A stretch of DNA of 7,074 nt. It comes from Amoeboradix gromovi X-113. Lineage: Eukaryota > Fungi > Sanchytriomycota. The position numbers and the translations under genes are program-made. The stretch lies in NCBI GenBank assembly GCA_018985225.1, contig JADGIF010000530.1:1-7074 (forward strand). Reading direction: 5' to 3'. Positions 1 through 7,074 of this stretch are shown here, piece after piece. Under the pieces are notes generated by a model. That model ran no database searches, had not been told where the DNA came from, and saw nothing but the letters and a program-made list of their open reading frames with translations. The first letter of the stretch is position 1; each line of letters starts with the position of its first letter.

Positions 1-963
1 GTCTAAGAAAATGCACCTTTTGCTTAGATGCTCAAAGACCTCATATATTTGAACGAGATGCAGGGTCTTCTAGTTTATTTTGAAGAGGGGATTGAAGGTA
101 ATGAAAGAAAATTGATATAATAGAAGATCTTTTATTAATGATAGCATTTCCTCTGTATGGAGCACCTTCTTTAAAAACGAGTTAGTCTAGTTTTTATATT
201 TGGTGTCCCAAATGATGGACTAGAACCTGCTTCAAGTAGTTACCAAGTTGCAACCGATTAACGGATTGCTAAGTGATATGCACCTATACTTTATACTTCT
301 AAGATCTAAATATTGTGCGAGAAACGTGGAGGAGACACATTTCGTAGATTGCGATTTAAGCTTATGGTAGATCCGGTGTGTAAGAGAGCTGGTGTCCGGA
401 TATGTTTTACTCAAGAATTTAAAATATGATGGTAGAGAAAATACAATGCGTGAAAAACTTCATAAGAAAACGGTATAATTGTGGTGATAGTAACAAGAAA
501 AACAGAAAGGGCCACTGCAACATCCCGAACGAGAATCTGAGCCCCATGTGATGAAGTTACCAATCTAGATGCAAATGAATTTTACAACGATCTTTAGGTT
601 AGAGAAAGTCCACATGGATACAATAATAAACCTTGACTGGAGAAAAGAGAAGTCGGAAATAATGGGTTTTGTCTAGGTCACTAACCTTCAGTGGGACTGA
701 ATAAGGATACATATAGGTATATGTTCCTTGCTGCCATATGGTCTTTGTCCACTTTCGAATAACAACAACAATTGATGATTAACAAGATTGATGCGGTTAT
801 AGAGTCAATGAAGAGAGCCTATTGGTGAGATATAATTCATGAAATCGCGATAGATCTTTTGTTTAATTAAAATCAATACCTGTGGCTATTATGAAATTTG
901 TATTGAAAAGTATTTTTAACGTCCAGCGAGGAGTCAATCGCGGTCTGATAAAACATGATCAAC

Positions 964-970
964 TATAAAT
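964..970 (+). promoter_or_regulatory. Candidate TATA element (TATAAAT) for DBP2
   Basis: TATAWAW match about 145 nt upstream of the DBP2 ATG. Such matches are common by chance in AT-rich DNA. Confidence 0.3.
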
Positions 971-1088
971 TTAAAAATGCTTGGAATTTCTTCTTATGTT
1001 ACTCAAACGGATGCTTCAAGAGATTTTTGACTGCTAATTTAAGTACTTCGAGACAGCTGTGCAAAAAGGATACCCCTTGGATTGATAA

Positions 1089-2669
<1,581 letters not shown>

Positions 2670-2677
2670 GCATTTAA

Positions 2678-2711
2678 AATAAATCTGTTATATTTCTCAT
2701 TGTTTTGTGTC
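2678..2711 (+). terminator. Candidate polyadenylation signal of DBP2 (AATAAA plus downstream T/GT-rich tract)
   Basis: AATAAA at 2678-2683, 8 nt after the stop codon, followed by TTTCTCATTGTTTTGTGT at about 2693-2710. Confidence 0.4.
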
Positions 2712-2732
2712 GAAGTAAAGTGTTTTCTATAC

Positions 2733-2738
2733 TTTATT
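2733..2738 (-). terminator. Candidate polyadenylation hexamer (AATAAA on - strand) for tricalbin
   Basis: TTTATT on + at 2733-2738, about 160 nt past the tricalbin stop. A second AATAAA overlaps the last two sense codons (2900-2905). Confidence 0.25.
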
Positions 2739-2896
2739 TTGAATGCTCTGTTCGATATACGATCCTTTGAATGAATTCTGCATTTAGACAAGTGATGAAA
2801 AGACAAGTTTCTGGCTATTTCAGGTTGCAGTCACCGTAGCTGATTCAAATTATTACATACTAGCCAGTTTTATGGAGGTGCTATTGACGTATAAAA

Positions 2897-5800
2897 TTAT
2901 TTATTTAGTTTCCCAATTGATCCAAGAGATCGCTTTATTATTCCTCCCTTTCGTATCATTGTATAATTTCCATTCATATTACCGTTTTGCTGCTCCGTTT
3001 CCAATTGATTAATGTAGTCTTTCAACAGATTGCATTCTATGGTCACCATAACCTCACCATCTCCACATGGCAACCACGTATCCTCCATTATCTCAATCTC
3101 CTTTGATCCATTTATCTTTCCCAAAATTAGTTGCCAAACATCTATTGTAAAGTCTCCAATCTTTGTTTTCTTTAGCTTGCTAACTGTATATAAGCCTCCG
3201 TTCAATATCCATCTAAACTTAATACCGTTCCTCAAGTACCCTGGATCTACCAGTACCATTTCCATTACGTATCCATATACATTTGTGCTGTTGATAGCAC
3301 TTTTGTATATGCTACTCAGATGCTTCTTTGGGTGGCCATTCTTGCTATAAGTGCTCTTAATCTTAACCATTGTATCCACAACAGGGATGTTTCTGCTCTT
3401 GACCACAGTTAGCTTTAGCCTACTAGTGCTGGATGATGGCATTGCTGATATACCAGATTCCATATCATCACTACTTGCACTGTTATCGATTGCATCCAAA
3501 CCTACAGTTTCACCTGGATTCTTGGATGAACTGTTCAATGCATTGTTGGAGGTATCAACAGATGGACCATTGGTATCGTTCTCAGTTGTTTCAGGGATCT
3601 CAGGGCCAGCCAGCACTTCTAATACGCGAGGTTCGTTATACTGCAGTTTTGTATATCTGAGCATCGGCATGCTCTGGAATGTGAACTTGACTTGCACCTT
3701 ATTGGAATCGTACACAACAGTACCGTTAACAGCTTTATCTATGATTATGTTACTTAATAGCTTATGCACTCCAATTCTACTGTTGTCCCTAATTTCAATC
3801 CTAGCGTTCAAATCAGCTCTATTGCAAATTAGGTCATGCTGCAGGTTGAAGAAAGGTGAGTCCGTCTTTTTAAAAACATCTGACTTCGTAGCTACCTTAT
3901 CGTTAATAAACAAAGTACAGTATGGGTCATACGTGTCTGATAAATGAGCATCAATGATGTTAATATTAAGCTTACCATAGTTGGTACTTTGTTCAAAATC
4001 CTCACAACTAAACAGGGTGCGGGTCATCGACACAGTGCAAACACACTGGATATTGTTTGTTATGCTTAGTTCAACCTTGTTGTTTAAAAACTTGCTGAAT
4101 AAAGTAGAGTTTATCCCGTATTCACCAACCACATCATTATTTTTGTATAGCCTAATGAAGCAGTATGAGAATTCTATTTCTTTAAGAAATACGTCAAATG
4201 ATTCCTCAAATATTGGGTTGCTGGACTTCTTACTTTTGCTAGTATATTGAGCACCTCTATCGTCTACGTGGATTTGGAACGACCAAGTACCGTTTTCTTG
4301 AACATTGAATGAATGAATAGTCATTGAAAGAAAACAAGATGAGCCACCAGACATATTGCTAGATCTGACTACGGGATACAAGACAGCACTAGTGTACAAT
4401 TGGCCACCGTCACTCATGTTCAATGCTGTATCACTGCTTAAGATAGGGATTGGTTTTGGACTGGAGGAGCCTAAAGGACTACTTGGGGACGGAATATTAA
4501 AATCGCTAATATTAATACTACATCCACCCATGTGCTTATCCTTGGTCATATGGTTATAATCATATATATCAAAGTTAATTTTCTCTCTGACAGTTCTTAT
4601 AGGAATGTATATAACAGTGTTAAAGTCAGGGTTAAGACTATTACTTACAGTACGAGTACTATCAACTAGTTTGGAGTTACATTTAACACTGCAATAAGGA
4701 TCACTAGTACCAGTTAATTCCTTGTTCTTTAGATTTCTACATTTAACCACAAACAGTCTACAAATGTAACTAGCAGGTATAACACTACTTAAGTCAGTAG
4801 GGGAAAGATAAATTGGCTTAAATGAGTAAGTTAGTAGTACTTTACCCTGAACCAACTCATACCAGTCTTGTTTTAACTTTTTAGTTAAAATATAATTTAT
4901 GTTAAATTCTATTTCAGCCACAACACCATCCGCAGCCAAATCACGTTGATCTTTAATCTGCAAGAGTAGCTTACCATTCTTGATGTTGGGAACAAATATA
5001 TGAGCACTTTCTTCAAATCTGGGGTTGTTTGTTCGTTTTTTGACTCTACTTTTGAACACAGCATCATTATTATATTTTAACTCGGCATACGCATTACACG
5101 TACTATTGACACCTGTGTTGAGTATGTTCTTACATTGGTGTATCTGTACTGTTAAAATACCACTTGTGGCCTTTTTATTAGATTCTAGTTGGCTCGCTGG
5201 GAAATAAAACGAATCAAATACTAGCTGGCCACGGAGCTCCTTAGCATTATTGTACAAATTGACAGTTTTATCGAGGATGTTCGGTTGACTGACGTGTTCT
5301 ATTAGTGGAAAATCAGATTTACCGACGGTCTTAAATCCCACCTGGTCATGATCTTTCACATCAAATGTAATCTTATCTAGCTGTACATCATTAATCAGAA
5401 TAAACCTCAAATCATCAAAATGGGGGTTTAAATTGTTTTCAAACACGTCAGTGCTGGCAACTAGTCTGCCATTTAACAAGAATTCACAATAAGGATCAGA
5501 CTTGCCAATAATTTCGGTATTCTTAAAGTTCTTCCCTTCTCGTAAATGAATCTTCAAAATTGCTGTTGGTCCAACATCTACGACACCGTTCAGTATCGTA
5601 TCGACATCAATAGGCATGCGCATAGGTGCAACCAGTATTGTGTTCAGTATCATATTAATAATCATCAGTATTGCGTTCTTGATTCCTGGCAAATTCATAA
5701 CATCCAGAGACAGATTTCCAAGTGGTTTTAATACAAAATCAATCAAAGGCAATTCCTGGAACCATATTTCCACTACCTTAACATGGGGAAACTTGGTCAT

Positions 5801-6568
5801 TAACTTGATTCTGCAATGCAACTTACCTTGAAAATATGTATCCTTGACACTCACAGGGATAGCAGTGCTTGCCATCCCTTTTCCTAAACGAATCTCTAAT
5901 ATTATATTAGAATTAGCATCAGCATTATCTTCAACCGGAGCATACACTACATCCATTATCATATATATGATATCGTCCTCAACATCTCTGTTCATTTCAA
6001 TTGACTTGATTCTAACACCGCTACTGCCTAAACTAAACTCCTTGAATCTTAAGTCATCCAAGAAAGCAGGCTTGTATAGTTCCAAATACGGGTCAACGAC
6101 ACCAACAAGTATTTCGCTCAGAATTGGCTCAAACATTGACCAATACTTTTCAACAAATGCATTTAACCATTCTGCATGTTCACCATTTGTCCAAGAACCA
6201 TCACCGTTTTGAAAGTTGACTAATTCAGTAGCATATGCCTTTTCAATTTCTGCTCTAATATTTCTTGTAGTGCGGTCAAGTGAGATTGAAAAATAATTTG
6301 ACATGAATATACCAACTAAAACCATTCCAATTATCCCAATATTGAAAATACTAGAAATATAGCAGCCTAGGACTACTGTCAGAATTATACCATTTTGTCT
6401 AGCAACATCCACCCAAGATAGCGGTATAATGCCAAACAACGGCTCAGCCTTGACGACTTTCTTGTCTGAACTGAATATAGTGCGGCGCTTATCCATTTTA
6501 ATCTTCAAATCCTTTGATTTGACATCACTAATTGTTTGCGATGGAGGAACGACAGCTTCTTGAATCAT
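2897..6568 (-). CDS. Tricalbin (Tcb1/2/3-like) / extended synaptotagmin: ER-plasma membrane tether with N-terminal membrane hairpin, SMP lipid-transfer domain and multiple C2 domains, about 1223 aa, intronless
   Basis: Hydrophobic hairpin GIILTVVLGCYISSIFNIGIIGMVLVGIFM. SMP signature EHAEWLNAFVEKYW...PAFLDDLRFKEFSLGS...FQGKLHCRIKLMTKFPHVKVVEIWF...PLIDFVLKPLG..DVMNLPGI (about 6181-5605). C2A (ILKIHLREGKN..GKSDPY..NNLNPHF), C2B (SGILTVQIHQC..KKRTNNPRFEE), C2C (GTSDPY..NSLNPDF..YDYNHMTKD), degenerate C2D (KKSSNPIFEESF), C2E (GKLNINIIDA..DPYC..KKTDSPFF) and a probable sixth C2-like unit. The ORF-track start at 6580 is GTG. The first ATG is 6568 (weak context); an alternative in-frame ATG at 6496 has a stronger context. 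The paralogue number cannot be assigned. Confidence 0.93.
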   Translation of the reverse strand: MIQEAVVPPSQTISDVKSKDLKIKMDKRRTIFSSDKKVVKAEPLFGIIPLSWVDVARQNGIILTVVLGCYISSIFNIGIIGMVLVGIFMSNYFSISLDRTTRNIRAEIEKAYATELVNFQNGDGSWTNGEHAEWLNAFVEKYWSMFEPILSEILVGVVDPYLELYKPAFLDDLRFKEFSLGSSGVRIKSIEMNRDVEDDIIYMIMDVVYAPVEDNADANSNIILEIRLGKGMASTAIPVSVKDTYFQGKLHCRIKLMTKFPHVKVVEIWFQELPLIDFVLKPLGNLSLDVMNLPGIKNAILMIINMILNTILVAPMRMPIDVDTILNGVVDVGPTAILKIHLREGKNFKNTEIIGKSDPYCEFLLNGRLVASTDVFENNLNPHFDDLRFILINDVQLDKITFDVKDHDQVGFKTVGKSDFPLIEHVSQPNILDKTVNLYNNAKELRGQLVFDSFYFPASQLESNKKATSGILTVQIHQCKNILNTGVNSTCNAYAELKYNNDAVFKSRVKKRTNNPRFEESAHIFVPNIKNGKLLLQIKDQRDLAADGVVAEIEFNINYILTKKLKQDWYELVQGKVLLTYSFKPIYLSPTDLSSVIPASYICRLFVVKCRNLKNKELTGTSDPYCSVKCNSKLVDSTRTVSNSLNPDFNTVIYIPIRTVREKINFDIYDYNHMTKDKHMGGCSINISDFNIPSPSSPLGSSSPKPIPILSSDTALNMSDGGQLYTSAVLYPVVRSSNMSGGSSCFLSMTIHSFNVQENGTWSFQIHVDDRGAQYTSKSKKSSNPIFEESFDVFLKEIEFSYCFIRLYKNNDVVGEYGINSTLFSKFLNNKVELSITNNIQCVCTVSMTRTLFSCEDFEQSTNYGKLNINIIDAHLSDTYDPYCTLFINDKVATKSDVFKKTDSPFFNLQHDLICNRADLNARIEIRDNSRIGVHKLLSNIIIDKAVNGTVVYDSNKVQVKFTFQSMPMLRYTKLQYNEPRVLEVLAGPEIPETTENDTNGPSVDTSNNALNSSSKNPGETVGLDAIDNSASSDDMESGISAMPSSSTSRLKLTVVKSRNIPVVDTMVKIKSTYSKNGHPKKHLSSIYKSAINSTNVYGYVMEMVLVDPGYLRNGIKFRWILNGGLYTVSKLKKTKIGDFTIDVWQLILGKINGSKEIEIMEDTWLPCGDGEVMVTIECNLLKDYINQLETEQQNGNMNGNYTMIRKGGIIKRSLGSIGKLNK

Positions 6569-6681
6569 GCGATGTTTCACAAATTATAGAGACATGCATC
6601 AGAAACAAACCTCATTCCATTGAATAGAGATTTTGATTAATGCATATAATGAGTGTCCCTAAGGAATTGTTGCATCAAAAG

Positions 6682-6687
6682 TTTATA
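6682..6687 (-). promoter_or_regulatory. Candidate TATA element (TATAAA on - strand) for tricalbin
   Basis: TTTATA on + about 115 nt upstream of ATG 6568. Low specificity in AT-rich DNA. Confidence 0.2.
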
Positions 6688-6870
6688 TTCTGCCATTCGG
6701 ATTTCTTGTAATTGCTCTATTATCTTTTTACAACTTGTTCTATTTGGGACGTTCATAAAGAATAGGAACACCAAGACTTGTACCACATTTTAATTATATT
6801 CGATTATCAATTAACTATTTTGAGTATGTCGCTCTGAAGATATGATGCATACTAATAATCAATTTCTAAC

Positions 6871-6878
6871 TATATAAA
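6871..6878 (+). promoter_or_regulatory. Candidate TATA box (TATATAAA) for a possible divergent gene starting near or beyond the right edge
   Basis: TATAWAWR consensus match. ATGs occur at 7054 and 7061, but too little sequence remains to call a gene. Confidence 0.2.
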
Positions 6879-7074
6879 AAAAGTATTTATTGAGGTATTT
6901 AAAAAATTGGTCGAATACCGCTGGCGTGAAAGTGAAAAAGACAAAAAATAAACAACTCTCAATATCATAGGACTTCTTTTTATTCGTGCTGCTATTTTGT
7001 CACCATTCAACACTTTGCAGATCTACGACTTAGCAATTTTATCGCATCAGAATATGCGAAATGAAAAGAACTCA

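Noticed and set aside
201-284. tRNA-like look on the - strand (GGTG...GGTTCTAGTCC...CACCA)
   Set aside because: There is a B-box-like 11-mer, but the T-stem, acceptor stem and anticodon arm do not pair into a cloverleaf.
232-551. Small ORFs 232-414 (-, TTG start) and 426-551 (+, 41 aa, MMVEKIQCVK...)
   Set aside because: They are of chance length with no recognisable motif.
426-948. Alternating C-like (426, 548, 772) and D (537, 697, 945) boxes suggesting a snoRNA cluster; CAGTGGGA before CTGA 697 is complementary to LSU UCCCACUG
   Set aside because: Units would be 115-177 nt without terminal stems, only one C box is perfect, and an 8-nt complement is too short to be a credible guide.
3030-6212. 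Chain of long + strand ORFs antisense to tricalbin (3030-3350, 3351-3947, 3981-4250, 4356-4559, 5025-5207, 5616-5831, 5844-6212), all in one frame
   Set aside because: This is the expected shadow frame. Antisense stops there require T/C followed by a Tyr codon, or T followed by a His/Gln codon, on the sense strand, so they are naturally rare. The peptides are L/S/I-rich with no motifs, and most lack an ATG start.
6924-6931. GCGTGAAA shared between the right intergenic region and 448-455 (SCB/E2F-like)
   Set aside because: Shared 8-mers are expected by chance between regions of this size, and it mismatches the CGCGAAA consensus.
7042-7074. Small hairpin TCGCAT/ATGCGA (7042-7059) and ATGs at 7054 and 7061
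   Set aside because: A 6-bp stem is within chance, and any gene would run off the window edge and cannot be identified.

Overview
Eukaryotic, AT-rich, gene-dense DNA (hand-counted 360-nt samples are 31-36% GC). It holds two intronless, convergent housekeeping genes in the standard genetic code. One is a DBP2/p68 (DDX5/17-family) DEAD-box RNA helicase on + (1113-2669). The other is a tricalbin/extended-synaptotagmin ER-plasma-membrane tether on - (2897-6568), with a membrane hairpin, an SMP domain and 5-6 C2 domains. About 1.1 kb of non-coding or degraded sequence lies upstream of DBP2 and about 0.5 kb upstream of tricalbin. The tricalbin architecture, absence of introns and compactness suggest a fungus or early-diverging fungal relative with a reduced genome (inference only). 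I see no mobile element, CRISPR array, tRNA or rRNA, and no new multi-gene system I can support. The best oddities are: (i) DBP2 lacks the conserved autoregulatory motif-V intron and has a hairpin just before its ATG; (ii) its usual RGG tail is replaced by a tandemly expanded [S/N]YG low-complexity tail; (iii) a patch at the centre of the intact tricalbin ORF has a RIP-like dinucleotide signature; (iv) a possible decayed ORF lies upstream of DBP2.
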